DNA from: an uncultured delta proteobacterium
GTDB lineage: Bacteria > Desulfobacterota > Binatia > UBA9968
Length of the DNA stretch: 64,000 nt
NCBI GenBank assembly: GCA_963745835.1
Contig: CAVUZH010000001.1
Location: 32,001-96,000 of the forward strand
Direction: 5' to 3'
Positions 34,389-46,889 of this stretch are shown here, piece by piece (the first letter of the stretch is position 1; each line of letters opens with the position of its first letter). The position numbers were made by a program, and so were the translations under genes. The notes under the pieces are model-generated. The model saw only the letters and a program-made list of their open reading frames with translations, made no database searches and had not been told where the DNA came from.

Positions 34389-34722
34389 GGTCTTCGTTGA
34401 GTAAGTTGCGCCGGTCCTTGTCATGCTTAGACCTAGGAAAACGGTAGATGATTTCGCCCGGACGCACCAGGTTCAGTTCCTCGCGCGCTAGTTTTTCGAG
34501 ATAGTGGTTGTCGTTGCGGATGCGCGAAACCCGCTGCCGCAAAGCTTCGTTTTCCTTCTGTAAACGATAATTTTGCTCGTCGATTCTGCTTTTTTCGCCG
34601 CGCAATCGCCACAGATGAATCGCGCCGCGCTCACTAACGACCGTGACCACCGCAAGCAGTAAAATCAGACCGCCTAGGAAGTAGAAAAGGTGACGTTGCG
34701 AAATGTGAAATGGTAATGTCAT
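34351..34722 (-). CDS. ftsB: FtsB/DivIC septum formation initiator
   Basis: One TM, coiled coil and LEKLAREELNLVRPGEIIY. Confidence 0.88.
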   Translation of the reverse strand: MTLPFHISQRHLFYFLGGLILLLAVVTVVSERGAIHLWRLRGEKSRIDEQNYRLQKENEALRQRVSRIRNDNHYLEKLAREELNLVRPGEIIYRFPRSKHDKDRRNLLNEDPTAESRPSTVRK

Positions 34723-34745
34723 GGGCGCCAATAATGGCAATATAA

Positions 34746-36819
<2,074 letters not shown>

Positions 36820-37478
36820 TTGAGGCAGTCTTCAGCTCTAACGCCATAAATGCTTCACCGGCGCCGTATTCATTTTCCAATCCGAAAAGATCCGCCCTTC
36901 TAAATGCGAACCGGTGGTAATACTCAGGCTCGCCAAGGACGACAACGAATCCCGCGCCGAGACGCTCGCAGGCACGCAGGCCTTCACCAACCAGTTCGGC
37001 CCCTAGGCCGCGTCGCTGCAGCTCCGCGACGATTGACAGCGGAGCTAGCCCCAATCCTGTTGAATTAGCTACGGACCCGGCGATCGTTACCTGGCTGAAC
37101 GCAATATGGCCGACGATTACACCGTCGATTTCCGCTATCAAGGATAGCCGTAGCCGTTGATGTTTGCGCAAGAGGTCGACGAGTCGCGCCTCCTGGTCCG
37201 TCGGGAAGGCGGACCTAAGAACATAATCGATGGCAGCTGCGTCGCTGGATTGCTCGAGTCGAATCAGAGCGTTCATTAGCAGAAAATGGTCGCGGTCAGT
37301 AAGCTCAAAGCCAGTTCTCAAGCAACCAGGACGGCTCATCGAATCTGCAAGGCGGTGGTGATCTTTTCAGTGTCTAGTTGTAATCGTACAGCCCTGAGCT
37401 GTTGGATTTATATCGAAAGTACACCTATTTGGTATCTATCATTCCGGTGAACGGACGATTTGTTCCAGGTGTTAGGTT

Positions 37479-37889
37479 TCACCATCTTCGATTGGTGAAT
37501 TTCGATATCATGCGCCTATCCTTTTTGGAAGGCCGCCCTGGGCTATGAAAATCGGCTGGCCGTTCGAGTTTAAGCTGAGCCAAAGCGGCTTGCCTTCTTG
37601 ATCTGCTTTCTTCGGTCTCTTCATAAAGCCTTTGGGCGTCCGAGGCCGGGCCTCGGTAAGTAGACGTTCCTTTGACAATGATGATCCATTCGTAAACGCT
37701 GCGACGGATGTTGAGGTGATCGCCCGGGCGGATCGTTCGGCTCGGCTTAGGACGGGCGCCGTTCAGCGCAACTTTGCCGCCCGCTACCGCCTCAGCGGCA
37801 AGCGAGCGCGTCTTGAAAAAGCGCGCCGCCCAAAGCCACTTGTCGATTCTGACTTCAGCCGTGTTTTCTTGGGTATGCCTATCGTTCAC
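37479..37889 (-). CDS. hslR: S4-domain ribosome-associated heat shock protein Hsp15
   Basis: RIDKWLWAARFFKTRSLA and GRPSKKDRR. Confidence 0.93.
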   Translation of the reverse strand: MNDRHTQENTAEVRIDKWLWAARFFKTRSLAAEAVAGGKVALNGARPKPSRTIRPGDHLNIRRSVYEWIIIVKGTSTYRGPASDAQRLYEETEESRSRRQAALAQLKLERPADFHSPGRPSKKDRRMISKFTNRRW

Positions 37890-37898
37890 TGCGCAGAG

Positions 37899-38651
37899 CT
37901 ATGGCCAAACAAAGTTGGGCAGAGTGCTGTTCTCAAGCACCCGGTAATTTGTCAGATCGACCTGTAGCGGAGTCACCGAAACATATCCCTCATGAACTGC
38001 CATGCAATCAGTGCCGTCTTCTTTGTCAAACCCAAGATCATCGCCGCCTATCCAGTAGTATTTGGCGCCGCGAGGATCGACACGTTCGATAATATTCTCA
38101 CTGTAATGACGCTTCCCCATCCGGGTTAAGCGCCAGCCTTTGAGCTCGGATTTCGGCAGCGGCGGCACGTTCACATTGAGAAGCGTTTCGGGCGGAATAC
38201 CCCCAGTCTCATGGATGCTTGAGACCAAGAAGGCGGTAAATTCCGCCGCCGCGCGAAAATCAAAATCACGGAAGGTAACCAACGATACGGCAACTGACGG
38301 AACGGTTAGCAAGGCTCCTTCGATAGCGGCTGAAACGGTTCCGGAATAGATAATATCGTCGCCCAGATTAGGCCCTTTGTTGATTCCGGAAACCACGAGG
38401 TTGGGACGAACCGGCAAGAGACCGGTTAAAGCTAGTTTAACGCAGTCACTTGGGGTCCCGTTCACTGCCAGACGCCGCGGCGCAACCTCTTGCACGCGCA
38501 ACGGCCGATGGAGGGTCAATGCATGGCTCATAGAACTCTGCGCGCGATCGGGTGCGACAGTGAAAATCTCGCCGACAGGGCGCAGCGCTTCTTCAAGCGC
38601 GATGATTCCTTCCGATTGAATGCCGTCGTCGTTGGAGATCAGAATGATCAT
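37899..38651 (-). CDS. surE: 5'/3'-nucleotidase SurE
   Basis: ILISNDDG, GTPSDC, SGINKGPNLG, YSGTV. Confidence 0.96.
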   Translation of the reverse strand: MIILISNDDGIQSEGIIALEEALRPVGEIFTVAPDRAQSSMSHALTLHRPLRVQEVAPRRLAVNGTPSDCVKLALTGLLPVRPNLVVSGINKGPNLGDDIIYSGTVSAAIEGALLTVPSVAVSLVTFRDFDFRAAAEFTAFLVSSIHETGGIPPETLLNVNVPPLPKSELKGWRLTRMGKRHYSENIIERVDPRGAKYYWIGGDDLGFDKEDGTDCMAVHEGYVSVTPLQVDLTNYRVLENSTLPNFVWP

Positions 38652-38779
38652 TGCACCTATGATGGCAAAGAAGCTCGGCAGGGACAAGCATCTGGTTGAT
38701 CGCCCTGGCGACTCTTAAGCTTGTGTGACGTCAATCCGAAGGGTATAGGTTTCTAGGCGAACCAAGGAGAGTTTTACCT

Positions 38780-40031
38780 ATGGCAAATGCCGAGATCGTG
38801 GCAATCGGTTCCGAGTTATTGCTCGGGCAGATCGTCGACACCAATTCGGCCTGGATGGCGCAGCGGCTGACTGCATTGGGAGTAAATTTGTATTTTACCT
38901 CGGTGGTCGGCGACAACCCCGGTCGTATGCGCGAAGTAATCCAGCGGGCATTAGAACGAGCCGATATCGTTATTACCAGCGGCGGACTGGGGCCCACTCA
39001 AGATGACTTGACGAGAGAGATTGTCGCTGAAGTGACCGGCCGCAAACTCATCCTGGACGCCGGCTTGCTAGAACAAGTGGAGGAGCACTTCCGCCGCCGC
39101 GGCCGGACCATGACGCCCAATAACCGGCGTCAGGGATACATGCCCGAGGGAGCGATTCCGGTAAAAAATCCCAACGGTACCGCGCCATCTTTTATCGTCG
39201 AAGATCCTCGCGGCGTTGTTTTTTCGCTTCCCGGCGTGCCGGTGGAACTTAAATGGTTGTTCGAGAACGAAGTCGAACCTTATCTGCGCAAAAAATTCAA
39301 CCTGGCTGAAGTTATTCACTACCGTGTGATGAAGGTCGTCGGCATTGGCGAGAGCGCCGTGGACGATAAGATCGGCTATCTGATCGCCAACTCCAGCAAT
39401 CCGACCGTCGGCGTCCTTGCCCTGCCGGGACAAGTCGATGTGCGGATTGCCGCCAAGGCCGCCAACAAAGATCAAGCGATGAACCTTATCGCGCCCGTCG
39501 AAGCCGAGGTGCGCAGCCTGTTGGGCAATGCGATCTTTGCCGCTGATCAAGAGACGATGGAAGATGTCGTCGGGAGATTACTTCGGGCTCGAAATAAGAC
39601 GCGTCGCGGTTTATGAAGATCTCACCTGCGGCAACTTATCGGAGCGCTTACAGGTCGCAAGCACGGAAAGCTTTGGCGCTGGGGTTATTTGCAACAGCGA
39701 GGTTGCAATCCGTACCCTGTTGACGCACGGGCGCGATCCAGCACGAACAGATGCTTTGATCCAAGATCCGGAGGCGCTAACCGACGAGCTTGCCTGGTCC
39801 GTGCGTCACCAAGCAGGGTGTGATTTTGGCCTGGCGCTTCATGCGGTGACCGATCCAGGCAGCACGGTTCAGAATCTTGCGCGCGGCCAGAGCTATGTTG
39901 CCCTTACCGACGGCGAGAATTTCATCCGACGGCTGAGCACCTCCGCCGGTCGCGGACAGTACGACCGCAGCCGCATGACCCTCAACGCCCTCGATCTGCT
40001 ACGCACCGCGTTGCTTGAAGGGATGGGTTAG
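38780..40031 (+). CDS. cinA: CinA-family protein (molybdopterin-binding N-domain plus degenerate PncC-like C-domain); apparent frameshift near 39600
   Basis: GSELLLGQIVDTN, GGLGPTQDDLTR, GTAP, LPGVP; the C-domain VAVYEDLTCG replaces the canonical AESCTGG. Confidence 0.85.
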
Positions 40032-40146
40032 ACTGAGCACATCCCGATTTGATCCATCTGCTTTCGTACCCTCTTCACAAGTGCTCGGGGCCGAAAAGCC
40101 GATCGGCCAAGTCTCAGTGGGAAGGTCGGCGGTTAGCTCAGCGGTG

Positions 40147-41940
40147 TCATAAACCTTCAGCCACTAACATCTCCAAACGCGCTAAAGGTTCTTCGAGACT
40201 GTCAATTGCCTCAGCCCAGAATTGCGGCTGTTCTATGTCCCGGCCGATTGTGTGCTGAACCAGCTTTTCTGCCGGCTCGGTGCCGGCCAGACGCAAGAAC
40301 TCTTCATACTTCGGTAGAAATTCGCCCGGGTCTTTTTTGAACATTCGGTAAAGCGCGCGGCTGAGCAGATATCCAAAAGTGTAGGGGAAGTTATAGAAGG
40401 TGATTCCCGTGATGTAGAAATGCAGCTTAGAGGCCCAGAAGTAGGGATCCTCTCCGCCAACCTCAAGCACGTTGCCAAAGATTTTTCGTTGAGTATCGAC
40501 CATGAGTTCTTTTAAACGGGAGACGCTCAGCGGGCCGCCGGCGCGCTCCTCATAGAATGCCTTCTCAAATTCATAACGAACCGGAATGTCCAAAAGGTAA
40601 ACTGCGCCGTGTCCCGTTTCGATATCCAAGATCAAAGCCTTCTGCGCTTGACTTATGGCGGGATCGTCCAGAATGCCGTTCATCAGAACCTGCTCGCCAA
40701 ACGTGGATGCAGTTTCTGCCAAGGTCATCGGATATCCGCGACCATAAGGGCGCATGTCACGCAACATGGCGGCATGATAGGCATGGCCGGATTCATGTGC
40801 GAGAGTGAGCACATCGCCCAATGATTGATCGTAGGTCATAAAGATTCGCGACTCTTTGTTGAGCATCGAACTCGTGCAGAATCCGCCGGGACGCTTGCCG
40901 GTGCGGGGCTCCCAGTCCACCCATTTCTTTTCGATGACCTGCTGCTCGAAGAATTTCCCGAGGGCGGGATAAGCGCGCTCGAACGATCTCCCGACCAGGG
41001 ATGTAGCCCTCTCCCAGGAGAGCTTCTCTTGCCCTGGCAACTCGAGCGGCGCGCCGACATCGAACCAGGCAAGGCTTGGCCGCGCCAACAGCTTGGCCTT
41101 GAGACGGAGAATCTTTCGCGGCACCTCGAGCTTTGAGAATAACGCCTCAAACATAGCATCCAGCGTTTTGCGAGTGATCGAAGCCTGGAATAGGGCAATC
41201 TCGAGGAAGTGGTCGACCTGCCGATAGCGGTTAAGCGTTAGCCGCGTGCCGGCAATCGCATTCAACGCGGCTGCAGCCATATCTTCAATACTTTCCCAGG
41301 CCGCATTGCCGCCCTCGAAAGCAGCCTTGCGTACTCGACGATCAGGATCTTCCAGCAAGGAGCGGCGCTGCGAAACCGGCAATCGATGGCGCTTGCCATC
41401 AGGAAACAGCATGTCGAACTCCAACTTCGATGAAACGGTATCGTAAAGTCGGCCCCAGGCTTGAATGCCGTCAACTCCGAGGTCGGTAGCCAATATTTCA
41501 TTCTCCGGTGTCATGGCGCGCCGCGCTTCGTGGCGCATCCTGTTTAGGTAATTCTGCGCGCCGTCCAATGCCGGCCGCGCCAAGAATGCCGTGAACGTTT
41601 TCTCCCCGGTTTCTTTAATCGCCCGGAGAAATTCGACTCGCAGTTTGCTCAACTCGGCTCTCATTCCGATCAGTTCGGCTTCTTCTTTGAGGTATGATTC
41701 GTTGCGCGCATCCGACGAAGCGAGGCAACTGATGTACGAGCCGAGATGCGACATGCGCTGGAGAATGTCTTCATTGCGCAGCAATACGCGCTCCCAACTG
41801 GCGGAGCTTTCAGTTGCCAATGGCGGCAGCGCAGCCGCTTCCGCTTTGAGCGAAGCGATATCGCTGGCCAGCCCTTGTTTGAACCGGCGCATTTCCGACC
41901 CATTGAATTCAGGAAAGTAGCTTGCAAGATCCCAGCTCAT
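40147..41940 (-). CDS. pepF: M3-family oligoendopeptidase F
   Basis: MSWDL start, TLAHESGHAYH (HExxH), LAETAS, FYNFPYTFG. Confidence 0.92.
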   Translation of the reverse strand: MSWDLASYFPEFNGSEMRRFKQGLASDIASLKAEAAALPPLATESSASWERVLLRNEDILQRMSHLGSYISCLASSDARNESYLKEEAELIGMRAELSKLRVEFLRAIKETGEKTFTAFLARPALDGAQNYLNRMRHEARRAMTPENEILATDLGVDGIQAWGRLYDTVSSKLEFDMLFPDGKRHRLPVSQRRSLLEDPDRRVRKAAFEGGNAAWESIEDMAAAALNAIAGTRLTLNRYRQVDHFLEIALFQASITRKTLDAMFEALFSKLEVPRKILRLKAKLLARPSLAWFDVGAPLELPGQEKLSWERATSLVGRSFERAYPALGKFFEQQVIEKKWVDWEPRTGKRPGGFCTSSMLNKESRIFMTYDQSLGDVLTLAHESGHAYHAAMLRDMRPYGRGYPMTLAETASTFGEQVLMNGILDDPAISQAQKALILDIETGHGAVYLLDIPVRYEFEKAFYEERAGGPLSVSRLKELMVDTQRKIFGNVLEVGGEDPYFWASKLHFYITGITFYNFPYTFGYLLSRALYRMFKKDPGEFLPKYEEFLRLAGTEPAEKLVQHTIGRDIEQPQFWAEAIDSLEEPLARLEMLVAEGL

Positions 41941-42272
41941 AAGTTTTCATCCGCTGCTGTGAAGTCGAATCCGAACACATTCCATGAATCGCTGTCCCGG
42001 TGCAGTAGAACCGCAGGCTCGACGACGTCGGTTCTGTTGCTGCGATTGCATTTCATGCCAAGTAAAGAACTCACAAAACGTTTCGACTGAACTCCGAACC
42101 GCACACGCCCGGCTTCGCTTTACAAGTAGCCTGCTCTAATCCTTCTTCGACCATTGCAATCGTCCCATGAACCCAGTGGCGTCAAAATCTGGCCAATCTT
42201 GAGGATTCGGCAAGAAACCGGTGACAGAGCAGAGAGACCGTCGTCATCGACCGGCTGAAATCGCTCATGCTC

Positions 42273-43175
42273 TCAGAGACTTATGACCATGCCTTCGACG
42301 GCAGCCGTTGTCGAAGTAAAACGCCGTCGCGCTAATTTCAAGATCTGATCGATACAACCGTCATCATGGGTCGGTTCGTGATGAAACAACACGAGTCGTT
42401 TGACCCCGGCTTTTTTGGCAACTACGGTCGCCGATTCAACCGTGCTGTGTCCCCAGCCTTTGCGCGGATTTGTCGCCGATGTGTATTCCGACTCTAAATA
42501 TTGTGCGTCATGTATCAACAAGTCGGCGTCGCGCGCGAACTCGATCACGTCTGGATGACCCCCCGGTGTTTCCTCTAAATCTGTAGCGTAAACCAAACTT
42601 TTGCCTTGGAAAAAAACTCGATACAAAATTACCCCGTTGGGATGGGCGGGACTGCTATGGCTAAGAATGATTGGGTGCTGGTTGTTGTTGTCCCTCTGAC
42701 TAACTGCTTTGCTTATTCGTGGGGCCTGCCGGTTGTCGCGCAATTCGATACCCTCCCGGCCAACCAGAGACCAAATTGATTTTTTCGCATCAAGCCTGTC
42801 GAGCCCGATTGGAAAAAGCGCAGGCTCCATCGCCATGCGCAAAGTTTCAGCCAAGGATCGTTTTCCCGAACCCGGCCCGAAAATGTTGATCCGGTTCCGA
42901 TTATCAAATAGCGGATCAAAAAAATAAAAGCCTGAGAGGTGGTCGTGATGTGTGTGGCTTAGAAAGAGATTCAAGCTTAGCGGACTCTGGTTGTTTTTGA
43001 CAAGCTCCTTGCCGAGTCCGATGATGCCAGTGCCGGCATCGAAAATGATCTGGTGCTTTCCCGCAATCACCTCAACACAAGAGGTGTTGCCGCCGTATTT
43101 CAGCGCACCGCGGTGCGAGACCGCATAACTGCCCCGCACTCCCCAAAATCTGAGAGAGAAATTGCTTTGCGCCAC
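42273..43175 (-). CDS. MBL-fold metallohydrolase
   Basis: FWGVRGS, YGGNTSC, DAGTG, SHTHHDH, GWGHS, FHHEP. Confidence 0.9.
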   Translation of the reverse strand: MAQSNFSLRFWGVRGSYAVSHRGALKYGGNTSCVEVIAGKHQIIFDAGTGIIGLGKELVKNNQSPLSLNLFLSHTHHDHLSGFYFFDPLFDNRNRINIFGPGSGKRSLAETLRMAMEPALFPIGLDRLDAKKSIWSLVGREGIELRDNRQAPRISKAVSQRDNNNQHPIILSHSSPAHPNGVILYRVFFQGKSLVYATDLEETPGGHPDVIEFARDADLLIHDAQYLESEYTSATNPRKGWGHSTVESATVVAKKAGVKRLVLFHHEPTHDDGCIDQILKLARRRFTSTTAAVEGMVISL

Positions 43176-43228
43176 TAGAGCTCACGCTCGCTCTTGATTG
43201 GTTGCCGTTGCCACTGAATGTTCTCTAT

Positions 43229-43378
43229 TAGTCCCTGAGAAAGTCTTATTATGCGCTCTTGAAAAAGAGTCAGATGCCAGCGCGCGAAAAATTGACGAGC
43301 TGAGGCGTAGTTGTTTAGCACGTTGACGCGAGGCGTTTGAGCGCAAGCAAGCATATGAAGCTTTTCCAGCATCCTGTA
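43229..43378 (+). mobile_element. MITE-like element, copy C (degenerate)
   Basis: GAAAAAGAGTCAGATGCCAGCGCGCGAAAAATTGACGAGCTGAGGCGTA...AAGCATATG...TTTTCCAGCATCCTGT aligns with 49500-49615. Confidence 0.8.
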
Positions 43379-43572
43379 AAATGTACCTTAAGCAACCCTA
43401 TTGTGACAAACGGCGGCGGATCTTCGAGCGGTGATTACGTCGTTAGCATGTTCACTCTAAGCGACCTAAAGTCACGGCTGAGGCTGGTTTAGTGCATTGC
43501 GGTGCTTTATGGTGTGGCTGGCAGTGCTGTGCTTAGCAGCTAATCGTTCCCGCCAAACACAAGGAGAGAGCC

Positions 43573-44511
43573 TTGGTTCAACGACTTCAAGCAACCGACA
43601 GTCCGGACATCTTTCTTGAGGCGCCGCCGGCGCCAAGGCATAGGTTCCGGTCATTGATATTCGCTGCTCTTTTTCTAGTTGTCCTTGCATGGGCTTTTCA
43701 CGGCGCGAAGATCAGAGTGGGAGAATTGCTCGAAGGCATTCCTCAGATCGCCCAGACTCTTGCGCGCATGTTACCTCCCGACTTTTCTAAACTGACGGAT
43801 GCAAACTATTATTTTTTCCCGGAAGAATTATCATGGCACGAGCTCTTGCTACCGGTGCCATTGCCCGAGGCGACCGCGCGTATCAAGCAGCGCTGGTGGA
43901 ACAACATATTTCCGCAAACCGTGGTTGGGGCAACTTTGGAGACCGTGCAAATGGCGTTGGCGGGGACGTTCACGGCGTTGATTGTGGCGTTTCCGTTGGG
44001 ATTTCTCGCAGCGCGCAATACCACGCCGCATCCGCTGGTTTACCGTAGTGTTCGCACTGTTTTGAATCTGCTGCGCACTGTACCCGATCTGGCGCTGGGT
44101 CTCTTGTTCGTCGCCGCGGTGGGTCTAGGCGCTTTTGCCGGAACCCTGGCATTGGCGATTCACACGGCCACCGTTCTGGGTAAACTGTTGTCGGAGTCCG
44201 TGGAGAATATTGACGAGGGCATGGTCGAGGCAATTCGCGCCACCGGCGCCGGCTACACGCAGATTCTTTCCTTTGCCGTTTTACCGCAGATCCTGCCGGA
44301 TTTGATCTCGTTTACACTGTATCGTTTGGAAACCAACATCCGAGCGGCCTCCGTGCTTGGTTTAATCGGCGCCGGTGGCATTGGCTACTTGATGAACACT
44401 AGCTTTCGCACCTTTCAATACCAGGAAGCAGCCGCCATCGTGCTTGTTCTGATTGCTCTCGTTATGCTAGTGGATTACCTCAGCTCGCGTTTACGAACCC
44501 TGGTGGTGTAA
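43573..44511 (+). CDS. phnE: PhnE/PtxC-family phosphonate ABC permease (stand-alone)
   Basis: ETVQMALAGT, RTVPDLA, GKLLSESVE, YRLETNIRAASVLGLIGAGGIG. Confidence 0.9.
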   Translation: MVQRLQATDSPDIFLEAPPAPRHRFRSLIFAALFLVVLAWAFHGAKIRVGELLEGIPQIAQTLARMLPPDFSKLTDANYYFFPEELSWHELLLPVPLPEATARIKQRWWNNIFPQTVVGATLETVQMALAGTFTALIVAFPLGFLAARNTTPHPLVYRSVRTVLNLLRTVPDLALGLLFVAAVGLGAFAGTLALAIHTATVLGKLLSESVENIDEGMVEAIRATGAGYTQILSFAVLPQILPDLISFTLYRLETNIRAASVLGLIGAGGIGYLMNTSFRTFQYQEAAAIVLVLIALVMLVDYLSSRLRTLVV

Positions 44512-44532
44512 CACTCAGAAGGAAGCTAACAG

Positions 44533-46782
44533 ATGAATTTGAAAGTTGTCGGTCGCCCCATCAGCCGCGTTGACGGACCCGATAAGGTCAGCGGCAACAC
44601 GGTCTACACCGCCGATGTGCAGTTGCCCGGCATGTTGTGGGGGAAATGTTTGCGCAGCCCCTATGCTCATGCGCGCATCGTTTCCATCAACACGGAACCG
44701 GCGAAAAAGGTTGAAGGTGTGCGCGCCGTTCTGACCGGTGAGGATCTCCCGGATAAGCGGGTCGGATTGAGCCTGCAAGACACGCCGCTCCTAGCGATCG
44801 GCAAGGTACGGTTTATCGGGGAGAAAGTTGTCGCGGTGGCCGCCGAAGATCGCGATGCTGCCGAAGAGGCTCTCTCGGTCATAGAAGTCGAGTACGAAGA
44901 ACTGCCGGCTGTGTTCGATGCGCCTCAGGCAATGAGCAGCGGTGCGCCGCTGGTTCATGAGGAATTGGCGACATACGCTGGTTTCAAAGCGCCGGGCGAC
45001 GAAATTCCCAACGTCTTTGCCATGCAGAAATGGACCGCTGGAGATATCGCGGCCGGCTTCGACGAAGCGGATCTAGTCGTCGAGCATACTTTTAGAACCT
45101 CAGTTGCGCATCAAGCCTATATCGAACCGCACTCCGCGATCGTGGCCGTGGATAGCTCGGAGCGTGTCGACATCTGGGCGTCGTGCAAGGCGCCGTTCCG
45201 GGTGAAGTCACACCTGTCGCGCCAATTAGAGATTCCCAAAGAAAAGATTCGCGTCCATGTCGTTGCCGTTGGCGGCGATTTCGGCGGCAAGGGCGCCTTG
45301 ATGGACATTCCCATTTGTTACGAGCTCGCCAAGGCCACTCGAACACCGGTGAAAATGGTCATGACCTATGCGGAAGAGCTAGTCGCCGGCGATCCACGCC
45401 ATTCCTCGATGATCAAGATCAAAAGCGGGGTCAAGAAAGACGGTACTCTCACAGCACGTGAAACCGAAGTGATCTTCAACAGCGGCGCGTATGCATCGTT
45501 TAAGCCCGGCGATCCGCCGAATCTCGGCGGGGCAACCTTTACCAATGGTGTTTACCATATCCCACATTACTCAATCCGGTCCTATGGCGTTTACACCAAT
45601 TCTGTGCCGTGCGGCTATTATCGCGCTCCCGGTCAACCCCAGGCGGTGTTTGCCGCCGAGTCTCACATGGATTTGATCGCCCAAGAGTTGCGTATGGATC
45701 CGCTCGAATTGCGGCTAAAAAATCTCCTGCGCGACGGTGAGAAGTTAGCCGGTGGCCGGGCCGTCGATAAGGTGCGGGTGCGCGAAACTTTGCAGGCGGC
45801 GGCGCACAAGGCCGGTTGGGGAAAAAAGAACGGCAACAATACCGGTCTCGGGATCGGCGTCTCTTTCCGACATGTCGGCGGCTCCGGTAAAGCGAGCGCG
45901 GAGCTTTCTCTGTCCGCTGACGGTAAACTCAAGATCTTAACCGCGGTGCCGGATATCGGCACTGGAACGCATACCTTGCTGCGGCAAATCGCCGCGGAAG
46001 TTTTAACAGTTCCGCCTGAACTGATTTCGAATGAAATCGGCGATACCGAAAGCTTTGAAAGCGACGCCGCTCCGGGAGGCAGCAAGATTACCAATATGAG
46101 CGGCCATGTGGTGCTGCAGGCGGCGGAACAGCTGCGCCAGCGATTGACTCCTGTCGCCGCCTCACTTCTCGGTTGCGCTGTGACTGACGTGGTTCTGCAG
46201 AACGGCCGCTTCGGCAGCGCTTTGAATAAAAAGCGATGGATCGAATTTGGCACGGTGGCGCAGGAGGCAACCAAGCCTAACGGTGAGCTGCGCATACGTG
46301 AAACCTTCGAGGTAAAAGGCCGCTCACCGGTGCCGGCCTTTGTGGTGCAGATCGCCGAAGTTCAAGTCGATGTCGAAACCGGCCAGCTGCGGGTAAAACG
46401 GATCGTTACGGCGCACGATGTCGGCACAGTGATAAACCCCGTGGCGCATCAAGGCCAGATCGAAGGCGGTTTGGTTCAGGGGTTGGGTTACGCCACTCTC
46501 GAGGAGGTGATGACCGAACAGGGCAAAGTTCTCACGGCGAATTTAGGCGACTACCGCATTCCGTGCCCGCGGGATTTACCGGCTTTGGAAACGGTGCTGA
46601 TCGAGGATCCAACAGGGCCAGGGCCATTTGCCGCCAAGCAGATCGGCGAAAACGGGATTATCGCCACGGCTCCGGCGATCGCCAACGCTATCGCGGCTGC
46701 CGTGGGCGTGAGGCTGTTTGATATTCCTCTGACTTCAGAGAAAATTTACCGGGCGTTGAAACCGTCCACGCCTGCCGCATAG
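44533..46782 (+). CDS. Xanthine dehydrogenase-family molybdopterin-binding subunit
   Basis: RSPYAHARI, GGDFGGK, YRAPGQPQ, DIGTG, GQIEGG, AKQIGE. Confidence 0.92.
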   Translation: MNLKVVGRPISRVDGPDKVSGNTVYTADVQLPGMLWGKCLRSPYAHARIVSINTEPAKKVEGVRAVLTGEDLPDKRVGLSLQDTPLLAIGKVRFIGEKVVAVAAEDRDAAEEALSVIEVEYEELPAVFDAPQAMSSGAPLVHEELATYAGFKAPGDEIPNVFAMQKWTAGDIAAGFDEADLVVEHTFRTSVAHQAYIEPHSAIVAVDSSERVDIWASCKAPFRVKSHLSRQLEIPKEKIRVHVVAVGGDFGGKGALMDIPICYELAKATRTPVKMVMTYAEELVAGDPRHSSMIKIKSGVKKDGTLTARETEVIFNSGAYASFKPGDPPNLGGATFTNGVYHIPHYSIRSYGVYTNSVPCGYYRAPGQPQAVFAAESHMDLIAQELRMDPLELRLKNLLRDGEKLAGGRAVDKVRVRETLQAAAHKAGWGKKNGNNTGLGIGVSFRHVGGSGKASAELSLSADGKLKILTAVPDIGTGTHTLLRQIAAEVLTVPPELISNEIGDTESFESDAAPGGSKITNMSGHVVLQAAEQLRQRLTPVAASLLGCAVTDVVLQNGRFGSALNKKRWIEFGTVAQEATKPNGELRIRETFEVKGRSPVPAFVVQIAEVQVDVETGQLRVKRIVTAHDVGTVINPVAHQGQIEGGLVQGLGYATLEEVMTEQGKVLTANLGDYRIPCPRDLPALETVLIEDPTGPGPFAAKQIGENGIIATAPAIANAIAAAVGVRLFDIPLTSEKIYRALKPSTPAA

Positions 46783-46889
46783 GCGATGCCGTGCGGCCGA
46801 TATCAAGGCATCGTCCGTAATCCCCGTAAATCGATGAGACAGATGTCTGCGCAGCGGAGATAAGTTCATTTCGGAGAGAAGCAACTTCG

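Noticed and set aside
44533-46782. Aerobic CO dehydrogenase CoxL
   Set aside because: The active-site loop is YRAPG, not AYxCSFR (form I) or AYxGAGR (form II).
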